A stretch of DNA of 64,000 nt from Armatimonadota bacterium (GCA_040769165.1 JAXGLP010000001.1:2284275-2348274), one strand, 5' to 3'; positions 39,054-49,154 are shown, counted from the first letter of the stretch. Translations and numbers: made by a program. Notes: generated from the letters alone by a model not told the origin.

Positions 39054-40373
39054 ATGAACCCAACATCAAGCTCTCAGCGCAGCCCCTGGCTGTTCATTCC
39101 CACCCTGTATTTTATGCAGGGGCTGCCCTATATGCTGGTGACCGGTGTCTCGATGCTTGCCTATCGCAAGATGGGCGTCGGAGTGGCGGACATCGCCACG
39201 TGGACGAGCCTCGTTACCTGGCCGTGGGTGCTGAAGATGTTCTGGGGCCCCATCGTTGACTCCAACTCGACGAAGCGCAAATGGGTACTCTGGACGCAGG
39301 GACTTCTGTTCCTGGGTATGCTTGCGGTTGCGTTCGGGCTTCATCTGCCGGCGTTCTTCACGATTACGCTCACCATTTTCTTCATTATGGGGTTCCTGTC
39401 GGCCACGCACGACATTGCGTGTGACGGCTTCTATCTGCTGGCGCTGGACAAGGCTCAGCAGGCATTCTTCGTGGGCATCCGGTCCGCCGCGTTCCGGGGA
39501 GCAATGCTGTTCACGAACGGCGTTATCGTTGTGGTTGCAGGCCTGCTCGAGGAGAGGGGACATCCGGCGGCGCACAACTGGACAATTGCGTTTCTGGTCG
39601 GGGCAATCGCGTACGGCCTGTGCTACCTGTACGGCCTCTGGGCGCTGCCCAGGCCAGCGGAAGACGTTCAGGGAGGCGTGCGCGAAGAAGGCAAGGGGGT
39701 CCCGTTCGTGGAGGCGGCGGTCACCTACTTCCGGCAGCCGAAGATCGTCTGGGTGCTGCTGTTCATCCTGCTGTTCCGGGTGGGCGAAGCGATGGTGATG
39801 AAGATCGCGCCGCTGTTTCTGATTGATCCGGCGGAAAAGGGCGGCCTTGGCGTCACGACCGTGCAGGTGGGTGTGATCAACGGCACAGTGGGGATGATCG
39901 CCCTCACAATCGGCGGACTGCTGGGCGGCATTGTGGTTGCGAAGTATGGATTCAAGAAGACACTCTGGCCGCTCGTGATCTGCATGCACACCCCGATTCT
40001 GCTGTATGTCTGGGCAGCCTACACACGGCCGCACCTGGCGGCAGTTTACGGTGTCGTCGCGGTTGACAATTTCGGCTACGGGTTCGGGCTTGCGGCCTAC
40101 ATGGTCTATCTGATGCTGGTGTCGCAGACGACGAAGTACAAGACGTCGCACTACGCGATCTCCACGGGCATTATGGCTCTCGGCGCGATGGGCGCGGGCA
40201 TCGCGAGCGGCTATCTGCAGGAGTGGCTGGGGTACGCGCGGTTCTTCGTGGCGTGCACTCTCTGCACCATTCCGGCAACGCTCGTTCTGTTCTTCATCCC
40301 GATGTACGACAACACGCCGGACGATGAGGCGCCGAAAGACACGCTGGAAGAGGCGGCAGCTACCGAGTCTTAG
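39054..40373 (+). CDS. AmpG-family MFS permease (muropeptide/oligosaccharide transporter-like)
   Basis: FMQGLPY, LKMFWGPIVD and ATHDIACDGFYL are hallmark AmpG motifs, with 12-14 transmembrane segments. Confidence 0.8.
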   Translation: MNPTSSSQRSPWLFIPTLYFMQGLPYMLVTGVSMLAYRKMGVGVADIATWTSLVTWPWVLKMFWGPIVDSNSTKRKWVLWTQGLLFLGMLAVAFGLHLPAFFTITLTIFFIMGFLSATHDIACDGFYLLALDKAQQAFFVGIRSAAFRGAMLFTNGVIVVVAGLLEERGHPAAHNWTIAFLVGAIAYGLCYLYGLWALPRPAEDVQGGVREEGKGVPFVEAAVTYFRQPKIVWVLLFILLFRVGEAMVMKIAPLFLIDPAEKGGLGVTTVQVGVINGTVGMIALTIGGLLGGIVVAKYGFKKTLWPLVICMHTPILLYVWAAYTRPHLAAVYGVVAVDNFGYGFGLAAYMVYLMLVSQTTKYKTSHYAISTGIMALGAMGAGIASGYLQEWLGYARFFVACTLCTIPATLVLFFIPMYDNTPDDEAPKDTLEEAAATES

Positions 40374-41761
40374 CTGCTGAGCGCGAAGCGCAAACGCCAC
40401 ACGGCGAGCATCGCCGCTGACAGAGCGAGTCCGGGGAGCATGGGCTCGAGTGCGAGAGGGTAGCTCCCGCCGCGCAGGGCGCCGGCGATGAGCCAGGCGA
40501 CGGACGCAGCCGACCCGGCGGCCATGCAGCCGAGGCACCAGGCGCGCGGCATGCGCTCCTTCGAGAAGTAGCTGTCGAGCACGGGCACGAGCAGGCCGGG
40601 CACGCAGGCGCTGCCGATGGAATACCAGAGGCTGACCACGCTCGGTATCGCCAGCGCCAGCGCGGCGGCGAGGGCTCCCGTGGCGGCAAGCCCCCATCGC
40701 GTGTAGCTCTTCACGCTGTCTTCGGAGGTCTCCGCGCGCGCCCGCCACACGACATCGCGCCCCAGCGTGACAGCCCCCAGAAACGTGTACGACAGCACGG
40801 TACTCATGACGGTGGCGAGGATTCCGACGAAGAACAGGCCCTTGAGCCCGGAGGGCAGGATGGCTTCGGCGAGCGCAAGATAGCTCATCTTGGGGTCGGC
40901 AAGATCGGGTAGAGCAGCGCGCGCGTAGAGCCCGGCGGTTGTCGTGAGGAAGTCGAACACGAACCAGAACAGGATGGAGACGAGGATCCCGTTGCGGGCT
41001 ACCCGCCCGGACTTCGCCGCATAGCAGCGCTGATGGAAACCCGGGTCAACGAGCGTCCACATTGCGATGAGGAACCAGACCAGAATGAACTGCCAGTTGT
41101 TGCCCCCCGACGGCTGAAAGTGCCCGGCGGGCAGATGCGAGGTGAGGAACGAAAGCCCCCCGTAGCGCATCACCGCCATCGGCACGATCAGTCCGAACCC
41201 CAGGAACATGAGAGCGAACTGAAACACGTTGACGCGGATGTCGGTGCGCAGGCCGCCGTTCGCGACATAGAACGTGGACAGAACGGCTCCGAGCACGACG
41301 CACACCCACAGAGGCCATCCGGTCACCATCTGACCGAGCACGCCGAGGATGAGGACGTACGGCGCCGGGCTCACCATCACGAAGACCATGAGCGACCCGA
41401 GGATGGCGGGGGCCCGTCCGTAGTGCAGGGCGAGCCGGTCGGGAATGGTGTAGAGCGCCGCGGCGCGGACTCTGGGCGCGAGGAAGATGGCGAAGATCAG
41501 GGCGAAGACGTAGTAAGGCAGGCCGAACACAACCCAGTTCGCGACGCCGTACGTGTATGAGAACTCGCCGACGCCGAGGATTCCGCCGTACCAGGTCGCG
41601 ACGAGCGTCGCGACCAGCGCGGGCAGAGTGACGGCCCGGCCAGCGATGAGGTAATCCTCGGTCTCACTGCCGCGGGAGTGATAGATGCCCATTCCGATGG
41701 CGACAGTAAAGACGAGATAGCCGGCCACGATTGCCAGGTCGGCCGGCGACAGGTGAATCAA
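40370..41761 (-). CDS. Sodium:solute symporter family (SSF) transporter
   Basis: 463 aa, polytopic, with SSF-like GGLRTDIRVNVFQFALMFLGFGLIV segments. Confidence 0.75.
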   Translation of the reverse strand: MIHLSPADLAIVAGYLVFTVAIGMGIYHSRGSETEDYLIAGRAVTLPALVATLVATWYGGILGVGEFSYTYGVANWVVFGLPYYVFALIFAIFLAPRVRAAALYTIPDRLALHYGRAPAILGSLMVFVMVSPAPYVLILGVLGQMVTGWPLWVCVVLGAVLSTFYVANGGLRTDIRVNVFQFALMFLGFGLIVPMAVMRYGGLSFLTSHLPAGHFQPSGGNNWQFILVWFLIAMWTLVDPGFHQRCYAAKSGRVARNGILVSILFWFVFDFLTTTAGLYARAALPDLADPKMSYLALAEAILPSGLKGLFFVGILATVMSTVLSYTFLGAVTLGRDVVWRARAETSEDSVKSYTRWGLAATGALAAALALAIPSVVSLWYSIGSACVPGLLVPVLDSYFSKERMPRAWCLGCMAAGSAASVAWLIAGALRGGSYPLALEPMLPGLALSAAMLAVWRLRFALSS

Positions 41762-42432
41762 GCCCGCGCTACCGGAGCGAAGACCGGGGCGTCGCGCGCC
41801 GCGCGCCCCACGCAGACCAGAACAGGGGCTTTGCTCACCACGATGGACGCGGGACCTCCCAATGCGGCGTTGCTGATGCTCTCGCGCTTACCCATCTCGA
41901 GCGGCTCATCTTCGAGAGGATACTGAAGCCCGCTGAGCGTGACCCGCGCCTGCCCGAACAGCGGGAGAACCGAGATTCGCCGTCCGCGCCTGGCCTCGAA
42001 GCTCCAGCGTCCATCCAGAAGGAAGACATCCTCGATGGAAGTATGAAACGTTATGCTGAGGCGGCCGCGGTACTTAAGCAGAAGAGAGATGTTGCTGAGG
42101 CTGTGGTCCACCCTTCGCCCGAGTCCGCCCGCGACGGAGACATTGCGTGCGCCCCGCCCGGCGAGAAGGCAGAGCGCCTTGTCGAGATCGGTGAACTCCT
42201 GATCGGGCGCCGGGACCCACTCGGCGGCGGACAGGGCCCCGCGGGTGATCGGGCTGACGCTGTCGAAATCGCCGAAGACGGCGGCGGGCATTACGCCCAG
42301 ACGGCGGACGGTGTTTGCCCCACCATCCACGCAGCAAATCTGGGACGCCTCAGCAGCCAGCGCCGCCCAGATGCGGCGGCCGGGAGGCGCGCCGTTCGCG
42401 ACGAGAAGGATTCTGCCGGAGGGCTGGGACAT
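41758..42432 (-). CDS. Thiamine pyrophosphokinase
   Basis: ICCVDGGANTVRRLGVMPAAVFGDFDSV is the TPK catalytic signature. Start trimmed to MSQPSGRILL. The ORF-track extension runs through the tRNA gene. Confidence 0.8.
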   Translation of the reverse strand: MSQPSGRILLVANGAPPGRRIWAALAAEASQICCVDGGANTVRRLGVMPAAVFGDFDSVSPITRGALSAAEWVPAPDQEFTDLDKALCLLAGRGARNVSVAGGLGRRVDHSLSNISLLLKYRGRLSITFHTSIEDVFLLDGRWSFEARRGRRISVLPLFGQARVTLSGLQYPLEDEPLEMGKRESISNAALGGPASIVVSKAPVLVCVGRAARDAPVFAPVARA

Positions 42433-42449
42433 GTCTGCACGCAAGGGAG

Positions 42450-42524
42450 TGGTGGGCCCACCCGGATTCGAACCAGGGACCAAGCGGTTATGAGCCGCCC
42501 GCTCTACCGCTGAGCTATGGGCCC
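42450..42524 (-). tRNA. tRNA-Met (anticodon CAT), elongator type with G1-C72. A tRNA-Ile2 (lysidine-CAU) assignment cannot be excluded. CCA is encoded.
   Basis: The reverse complement folds as GGGCCCA-TA-GCTC-AGCGGTA-GAGC-G-GGCGG-CTCATAA-CCGCT-TGGTC-CCTGG-TTCGAAT-CCGGG-TGGGCCC-A-CCA. All stems pair, and the T-loop TTCGAAT is present. Confidence 0.85.
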
Positions 42525-42591
42525 GCGCGAGAAGGATTGTAGCACGAACCCCCGGACACGGGCAACACGCTTGCCCGGGCCGGAGGCAACG

Positions 42592-42623
42592 AAACGGGAC
42601 GCAGGGCTTCCTGCGTCCCGTTT
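42592..42623 (-). terminator. Hairpin AAACGGGACGCAGG-GCTT-CCTGCGTCCCGTTT with a 14-bp perfect stem and a T-tract on the plus side. It lies downstream of the proline-rich protein gene. A second 8-bp hairpin is at 42557-42577.
   Basis: Read directly. It lies between the stop of the minus-strand gene ending at 42648 and the tRNA. Confidence 0.5.
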
Positions 42624-42647
42624 GGCAATCATCGCCGGGGCGGCCGC

Positions 42648-44515
42648 TCAGTCGGGGTCGAGCCGTCTCCCGCTGATCTCGTAGGCGGAGATCATCCACT
42701 TCGACCCCACCAGTTCGAACGTGTAGCGCTCGTACTGAACGCTTCCGAAGATCCCCGAGTCGCGCAGCTCGTGCTTCGCATAGACCATCACCTCGCCGGG
42801 CCGGACGGGCAGGACGCGCTGGATTTCGAACCGGCGCGTTCCCTCATCCTCCATCGTGTCGCGCATCCGCGACAGGAACTCGCGATCCTGCACCCAGTAC
42901 AGGTACTCGCCCTCCTGATAGAGACGGATGGGCAAATCCCTGTCGAGGTGATCGCCGATCAGCTCGAGATCGTCCTTCAGCCAGGCATCACGGATGTCCC
43001 GGGCGGCATCCTCCACTTCGTCTCTGTCGCGGCGGTATCCCGGCCACGGCTCGGCGCTCGAAGAGGACTCCTGATAGTCGCTGGTTGACACCGTCTCCAC
43101 CCGGTAAGTGGTGGATGCAGGCCGATAGACGACGACCACGCTGCTTCCGTAGTAAGGATCGTACACGTAGTCGTTGTACCCCCAGTAGAAGTAGCTGCTG
43201 GTCCGGTACGGCCAGTACTGATACACCGGATACGGCACGTACCGGTTGCGAGTGACGACGCGCACCGGCGGGCAGTGGCCGGCGTACTGGCGCCAGAACT
43301 CTCTCTTGGGATGCCGGTGCGACCGGGAGCGGTCCCAGAGCTGGGTGTAACGCTCGAACGCCCGCGGCGGGTCGGCGCTGCGATAGCTGGTGATATGATC
43401 CGGGATCTTGATATCCCCGGGCTGCGATGGGTGCTTGTTGCGCAGCCACTGGTTGAACTCGGAGCGCCGCGGCTCAGGGACGGTGCGATCGATGACCGTG
43501 AACCTGCCCGGAGCGGGATTGTTTGCGGCAGGCGGGCGCGCCTGGCCGCCGGGGCGGTTGTTGAAGCTGTTGCCCTGCTCCCGCCGCACATCGGGCACGG
43601 GCTCGGGGCGCGGCTGCGACGGCTGTTCGACAGCGGGCGGTCTGGGAACCGACGGGTTCTCACGCACGCCGCCCTGATTCAGCCGGTTCGCGGGTGGCTG
43701 CGGACCAACGGTTCCATTCTCCACGGACGGACGCCGGGGCGTGATGATTATCGGCTCGTCTGCCGGCTCGGGGCTGCGAGGAGGCGCGGGGCGCGTCTGC
43801 TCGGGTCTGCGCACAGGCTCGGTCCGGTTGGCGGGCGGCTCGTTTCTGGGAGCCGGCTGCTCAGCGCGGACGGGAGCAGGCTCCCGGACGGCAGGCTGCT
43901 GCGGCGCGGGCTCTTCGCGGCGCACGGTTGGCTCGCGAGGCTCTGTGCGTGAGGGCGGAGTTGACGGAGTCCGGCCGGACGGCGCGGGTTCGCGCTCGCG
44001 AACAGTGGGCGCCTGCGGCTGCGGGTCGGCCCTGCGCTCGGGAGCGCGGGCAGGCTCAGGGCCGCGGGTGCGATCGGACGGCGAGGAATCACGCTCGCGG
44101 GCTGTGGGTGCAGGAGCCGGGTCCTGGCGGCGCTCAGGCGCGGGACGGCTCGGGCTCTCGGACGGCGAGGAATCACGCTCGCGGGCTGTGGGCGGAGGAG
44201 CCGGGTCCTGGCGGCGCTCAGGCGCGGCCTCGGGACGGCTCGGGGACGGCGCGCGGCCGGACGGAGCGGAGTCACGCTCGCGGGCTGTCGGTGCAGGAGC
44301 CGGGTCCTGGCGGCGCTCAGGCGCGGGGCGGCTCGGGCTCTGGGACGGCGAGGAGTCACGCTCGCGGCTGCCGGAGCGGTCAGGCGCCGCGGACGGCGCC
44401 GAGCCGCGCTCTGGCTCGCGAGCGGGCCGGTCCTGCCGCCACTGGCCCGTCACAGGCACAGCAGCCATCAGGCCCACAAGAACGGGCAAAGTGATCAGAA
44501 GCGCTAATCTTCGCA
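42648..44515 (-). CDS. Secreted proline-rich protein with ~33-aa tandem repeats (PAPERRQDPAPAPTARERDSSPS...) and a Tyr-rich C-terminal globular domain of unknown function
   Basis: Signal peptide MRRLALLITLPVLVGLMAAVPVTG. The repeats are encoded by ~105-bp DNA tandem repeats. The C-terminal ~250 aa include YVPYPVYQYWPYRTSSYFYWGYNDYVYDPYYGSS. Confidence 0.7.
44080..44400. repeat. ~105-bp tandem DNA repeat (~3 copies) inside the proline-rich protein gene
   Basis: GACGGCGAGGAATCACGCTCGCGGGCTGTGGG(T/C)GCAGGAGCCGGGTCCTGGCGGCGCTCAGGCGCGG... recurs three times with minor variants. Confidence 0.75.
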
Positions 44516-44636
44516 TTTGAGACACCTCCCCAGACAACAGGCAATACCAGGGCAGATCACGCTCGAACCGCTCGGCGGCGGCTCCCGGAGTCACCACCCT
44601 TATGAGCGGGGGACTCTCACGGCCCCAAACCCTCTG

Positions 44637-45674
44637 TCAATTAGACGCAGAACGGGGCTGGCGGGTTGCATTTGAGGCGGAAGGGGAGTTTCGCCGCGCA
44701 ATTACACTGATAACCATCTGCTCAAGCTGCAGATCGGCCTGCGCGTACGCCATGATCAGCCAGCGCGCGCGGTTCACCGCATCCACCGCGCGGGCGAGGG
44801 CAGAGGCTGTCCAGCCGGCCGGAAGCGGCCGCGCGAGCCGCGACTGCCACTCGGCCATCACGGCGTCGAGCACCCATGCCAGAGCCTGCCGTTCGCTTGC
44901 CCCGTCCTCGCCCGGCAGATGCTTGCGCGCCCGCCCCGCCAGAGAACTCAACTCGGACGCCAGCCTGAGCGCGGCGCGCATGTCAGCCGCCAGCAGCGCA
45001 TCCGTCCAGTCACGCACCTCCGCCAGTATCTGCAGCAGATCCTGGTTGCCCGACAGGCGGATGGCCCGCCCGGGCGCTCCGGCCGCATAATCCGCCAGCC
45101 TGCCCGCCCCGGCTTCATCCACGCCTCTGGCTGCCAGGAACTCCCTGATCCGCTCTCGAGGAACGCCTTTGAGCGGAATCTCGATGCTGCGTGAGCGTAT
45201 GGTCGCGAGGACAGACCTGGCCGACGGCGCGAGCAGAAGAAGCAGCAGGCGCACGGGGGCATCTTCCAGAACCTTAAGAATCGCGTTCGCCGCCTGCTCG
45301 TTCAGCGTTTCGGCGCGCTCCACGATAAAAATGCGGCGCGGCCCGATGTTGGGAGCAAGGCTGGCGATGTAGCGCAGCTCCCGCATCTGCCCGATGGTGG
45401 TCTCTTCTTTGGGAGGAGCGACTCGAAGCACATCCGGATGCGTGCCCGCCCTGGAAAGCTCGCACGAGCGGCACTCGCCGCACGCCCGGCCATCGTCGAG
45501 CGGCGCCAGGCAGACGAGATCGGCGGCAAGGGCGAGCGCGAATGTCGTCTTCCCCACCCCGTCCTGGCCCGTTACGAGCAGGGCGTGCGCGAGGCGCCCG
45601 TCCGCCGCCATGCCGCGAACGGTCTCCAGAGCCCGCTCGTGGCCGAGCAGGCCGCCACCGTCACCAGCGCTCAA
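44637..45674 (-). CDS. holB: DNA polymerase III subunit delta-prime
   Basis: GHERALETVRGMAADGRLAHALLVTGQDGVGKTT, a CGECRSCELSRAGTHPD zinc-module-like segment, and SRS/IRSRS sensor motifs. Confidence 0.88.
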   Translation of the reverse strand: MSAGDGGGLLGHERALETVRGMAADGRLAHALLVTGQDGVGKTTFALALAADLVCLAPLDDGRACGECRSCELSRAGTHPDVLRVAPPKEETTIGQMRELRYIASLAPNIGPRRIFIVERAETLNEQAANAILKVLEDAPVRLLLLLLAPSARSVLATIRSRSIEIPLKGVPRERIREFLAARGVDEAGAGRLADYAAGAPGRAIRLSGNQDLLQILAEVRDWTDALLAADMRAALRLASELSSLAGRARKHLPGEDGASERQALAWVLDAVMAEWQSRLARPLPAGWTASALARAVDAVNRARWLIMAYAQADLQLEQMVISVIARRNSPSASNATRQPRSASN

Positions 45675-45990
45675 AGGACTCCACGTCCATAACGAACGCC
45701 ACCGCCCCGCCCACGGTCACCTTCACCGGCGCTTCGATCATTCCCGGCGTCGGCAGCACCTCCGGCGGCGGCACGCTCACATACTGCTCGCGCGCCTGCG
45801 AGTTGTCGCGGATGATGGCGAGAGCCTCATCGAGGCGTTCGTCCTCGATTCCGAGCAGCAGCGTAACGTTGCCGTCGCGCAAAAACCCGCCCGTGCTGGC
45901 AATCTTCGTATAGAACACACCCGACGAAGAAAGCGCATCGGTCACCGCCTTGCGATCGCGCTCCTGGATTATGGCAATCAAAAGCTTCAT
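45661..45990 (-). CDS. darA: PII-like c-di-AMP receptor DarA/PstA (YaaQ, DUF970)
   Basis: MKLLIAIIQERDRKAVTDALSSSGVFYTKIASTGGFLRDGNVTLLLGIEDERLDEALAIIRDN...VTVGGAVAFVMDVESFERW aligns closely with the YaaQ family. tmk-yaaQ-holB synteny is present. Confidence 0.75.
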   Translation of the reverse strand: MKLLIAIIQERDRKAVTDALSSSGVFYTKIASTGGFLRDGNVTLLLGIEDERLDEALAIIRDNSQAREQYVSVPPPEVLPTPGMIEAPVKVTVGGAVAFVMDVESFERW

Positions 45991-46026
45991 GGTAATCACT
46001 CCCTGTCAGTCAGGCGCCGCCCGGCG

Positions 46027-46683
46027 TCAGGTATTGCAGCGCGCGCCAGAACGGGCAGGCCAAAGGGCCTCCTCCAGCACCGCCGCCACTCTGGCGGTCA
46101 CATCCTCCACCGCCCCGGCGGCGCTCACAACGCGAATCCGCTCCGGCTCGCGGGCGGCCTGATCGAGAAACCCCCGCCGCACGGCCTCGTGGAACGCAAG
46201 CTTTTCCGCCTCCATGCGGTTGCGGGACTGCTGGCGGGCAAGCCCCTCAGCAGGCTCAAGGTCGAGAACGATGGTGAGATCGGGGTGGAGATTGTCAACA
46301 GCGAACTCCACGCTGCCGCGCACGAAGTCGAGATCGAGGCCGCGGGCAAAGCCCTGATACGCGATGGTGGAGTCGTAAAACCGGTCGCACACGACGGTTT
46401 CGCCCCTTGCGAGCCTCGGGCGGATGACAGTATCCACGTGCTGGGCGCGGGCGGCAAGCATCAGCAGCAGCTCCGCGCGAGCCACGGGCGGGTCGTCCTC
46501 AGTATGCAGAATCAGATCGCGGATGCGCTCCGCCAGCGGCCCTCCGCCCGGCTCGCGGGTCACGTATACGGTGTGTCCACGCTGCTGCAGCCATTCGACC
46601 GCCCTCCCGATCTGGGTGGATTTTCCGGCGCCCTCCACCCCCTCGAAGGTGATAAACAGCCCGGGGCCGCAGGCGCCGGTCAC
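46027..46683 (-). CDS. tmk: Thymidylate kinase
   Basis: FITFEGVEGAGKSTQ P-loop, DRFYDSTIAYQG, and the LID region. Confidence 0.9.
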   Translation of the reverse strand: MTGACGPGLFITFEGVEGAGKSTQIGRAVEWLQQRGHTVYVTREPGGGPLAERIRDLILHTEDDPPVARAELLLMLAARAQHVDTVIRPRLARGETVVCDRFYDSTIAYQGFARGLDLDFVRGSVEFAVDNLHPDLTIVLDLEPAEGLARQQSRNRMEAEKLAFHEAVRRGFLDQAAREPERIRVVSAAGAVEDVTARVAAVLEEALWPARSGARCNT

Positions 46684-48341
46684 GGTTTCGTGATCCTGAC
46701 CCTTCGAAACGGTTCGCTCCCGACGCTGGACGAAACCAGTTCGTGCATCTCCGCAAGCTGATGCTGCAGACGCCGGATGTAGCTTGTCTGCGGCAGGAGT
46801 TCGACCGGTTCGCTGGTCTGCATAACCCGCTCGATGGCATCCTCGGCCTCCCGAAGCGCGGCATCGTCGCTGCCGGACGGTCCCGAGTTGAAGATCTCGC
46901 GGACGGTGTTGGCGATCTGCGTGTAGGTGTTGCTCTTAACGATGAACGTACCGACCGTCTGCCGTTGCGCCTCGCGCAGGCGGGGAGGTTCGCGCCGGAA
47001 GTGCGCTTTGAGGGCGATGACCGCGTCCGCGTCCTGGGAATCGTTGGTGATGAATGCCGGGACGCGCAGCTCGCGGATGGCGCGCTCGAGCCGGTTGCGG
47101 CTGACGCCGTACGGGAAAATCCGCACGGTGGCGGGCATCTTTCTGTGCGGACGCGGGCGGTCGAACGCACCGGAATCTTCGAAGTCGCGCTCGGAACGCA
47201 TGTCGCCGTCCGCCTGCTGCACGACCTCGACATCGCCCTGCGGGTTCCGGATGCGAATCTCGGGGCGAGGGGTGACGCCGCGCAGGAACGCGTCCACGAC
47301 CTTGCTCACGTCGTGATGGATGGCGAGCTTATCCATCTCCATAATCTCGATGAGGACATCGAAGGTGGGCGGGGCTTTGCGCTCGAGGACGGTCTTCTGG
47401 GTCCCGCGCCTGCGCGCTTCTTCGTCCGAAAGCGTGACGGCCTGTATACCGCCGATCAGGTCGGAGAGGGTCGGGTTCGAAAGCAGGTTCTCGAGCGAGT
47501 TGCCGTGCGCCGTGGCGACGAGCTGGACGCCGCGCTCGGCGATGGTGCGGGCGGCGTAGGCATCGGCCTCGACGCCGATCTCGTCAATGACGACGCACTC
47601 GGGCATATGATTCTCGACGGCCTCGATCATCACCGCGTGCTGCATCTCAGGGAGCGCGACCTGCATCCGGCGCGCGCGGCCAATGGCGGGATGCGGAACG
47701 TCGCCGTCTCCCCCGATCTCGTTGGAGGTGTCAACGATGACGACGCGCTTCTGGAACTCGTCGCTGAGGACGCGGGCCACCTCGCGAAGCTTGGTGGTCT
47801 TGCCGACGCCCGGGCGCCCGAGGAGCAGGAAGCTCTTTCCGCTCTCGACGACGTCGCGGATGATATCTATGGTGCCGTAAACGGCGCGGCCCACCCTGCA
47901 GGTCAGCCCGATGACCCTGCCCTGCCTGTTGCGGATGGCGGAGATGCGGTGCAGGGTTCGTTCGATTCCGGCGCGGTTGTCCTTGCCGAACTGCCCGATC
48001 TGCTGCACCACGGTTTCGAGCTGCTCCATGGTGACAGGGTCTTCGCTCAGATCGGCGACGCGCCCGGCAAAGCGGGCCTCCGGCGGGCGTCCAAGATCGA
48101 GCACCACTTCGAACAGGTCGGGAAGGTCGGGCTGTTCGGACAGCGCTTCGCGAACAGGCGAAGGCATAACAGCCACAAGCTGGTCAAGATCGCTGGTGAC
48201 CTCGAGCTGCTTGCCGAAGTAGCGCTCAAGCTGGCTCTGGTGTTCGGGCCTCGCGCTCTCCCGGTCTTCGACCTCGATATCTTTGTCCGCAGTTGCCGTT
48301 TTCTTCTTGCTCATGGCTTGAGTCGCCGGTGACACCGGCAT
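46680..48341 (-). CDS. AAA+ ATPase with a C-terminal R3H domain (Ycf45/SpoIIIAA-like)
   Basis: Walker A LLGRPGVGKTT, Walker B CVVIDEIG, and a C-terminal R3H-like nucleic-acid-binding region. Confidence 0.65.
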   Translation of the reverse strand: MPVSPATQAMSKKKTATADKDIEVEDRESARPEHQSQLERYFGKQLEVTSDLDQLVAVMPSPVREALSEQPDLPDLFEVVLDLGRPPEARFAGRVADLSEDPVTMEQLETVVQQIGQFGKDNRAGIERTLHRISAIRNRQGRVIGLTCRVGRAVYGTIDIIRDVVESGKSFLLLGRPGVGKTTKLREVARVLSDEFQKRVVIVDTSNEIGGDGDVPHPAIGRARRMQVALPEMQHAVMIEAVENHMPECVVIDEIGVEADAYAARTIAERGVQLVATAHGNSLENLLSNPTLSDLIGGIQAVTLSDEEARRRGTQKTVLERKAPPTFDVLIEIMEMDKLAIHHDVSKVVDAFLRGVTPRPEIRIRNPQGDVEVVQQADGDMRSERDFEDSGAFDRPRPHRKMPATVRIFPYGVSRNRLERAIRELRVPAFITNDSQDADAVIALKAHFRREPPRLREAQRQTVGTFIVKSNTYTQIANTVREIFNSGPSGSDDAALREAEDAIERVMQTSEPVELLPQTSYIRRLQHQLAEMHELVSSSVGSEPFRRVRITKP

Positions 48342-48350
48342 GATACACGA

Positions 48351-49154
48351 TTATGGCGCGGCCGTGGGAAGCGCCCGGGCGCAGAGGGCGAGCCCGGCCA
48401 TCACAATAGGGGCCGTTTCGGCCCTGAGAACCCTCTGCCCGAGGCTCACGGTCTGGAAGCCGCCGCGCACCCAGAGCGCCGCCTCCGGGGCCGACAGCCC
48501 ACCCTCGGGACCGGTCGCCAGCACGCAGGGGTCCGAACCCTCGACGATAGCCGAGGCGGGAACGGCGGCTTCTTCCTCCCACGCAAGATAGCGCAGAGGG
48601 GGCAGAGCGCTCTGAAAGAAAGCCTCGATATCTTTCCAGATTCGAACGTCCGGAATGGTGAACGCCCCGCACTGGCGCGCCGCAGCGCGCAGGATAGCAC
48701 GGTAGCGCGCCTGCTTTGCTTCGTCCGCCCGGACGCGGGCCACCCCGCGCTCGAACGGCACAATGTGGAAGCGGCAGACGCCCATCTCCGTGCATTTCTG
48801 CAGGACGAGGTCCATCCGGTCTCCCTTGAGCGGGCCGATGGCGATTTCGACGCCCCTCAGCGCCAGATCGGGGTTCGGCACGGCGCGCAGCAGACGCGCG
48901 GATGCGCTTCTTTTTGAGCAGCTTTCGAGACGGGCGAGCCACCCATTGCCAGCCCCGTCCAGAACGCCCACCGGATCTCCGGGGTTCTTGCGCAGCACGC
49001 GGGACAGATGCCCGGCCTGCGCTTCATCGAGGTGCGCGACGCCCTCCGTGATGCCCTGCGGTTCGGCGAAGACGCGGGTGAGCCCCTGGAACAGCCCAAG
49101 CGCCTCCGCGTCCGTGATGCGGCTCAGGTCCTCCGGCAGATGATCGCCCGCCAT
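48351..49154 (-). CDS. rsmE: 16S rRNA (uracil1498-N3)-methyltransferase RsmE
   Basis: RsmE-like SPOUT-fold C-terminus (VLATGPEGGLSAPE). It follows prmA. Confidence 0.8.
   Translation of the reverse strand: MAGDHLPEDLSRITDAEALGLFQGLTRVFAEPQGITEGVAHLDEAQAGHLSRVLRKNPGDPVGVLDGAGNGWLARLESCSKRSASARLLRAVPNPDLALRGVEIAIGPLKGDRMDLVLQKCTEMGVCRFHIVPFERGVARVRADEAKQARYRAILRAAARQCGAFTIPDVRIWKDIEAFFQSALPPLRYLAWEEEAAVPASAIVEGSDPCVLATGPEGGLSAPEAALWVRGGFQTVSLGQRVLRAETAPIVMAGLALCARALPTAAP

Noticed and set aside
39066-40748. 560-aa minus-strand ORF
   Set aside because: Antisense to the AmpG-like permease. Arg-rich.
42450-42524. Initiator tRNA-fMet assignment for the CAU tRNA
   Set aside because: Position 1-72 is a G-C pair, and the anticodon stem lacks the three consecutive G-C pairs of initiators. 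Elongator Met, or Ile2, is more likely.
42433-42699. N-terminal extension of the thiamine pyrophosphokinase ORF
   Set aside because: It runs across the tRNA-Met gene. The TPK homology starts at MSQPSGRILL.
46743-48332. 529-aa plus-strand ORF
   Set aside because: Antisense to the R3H-AAA ATPase gene.
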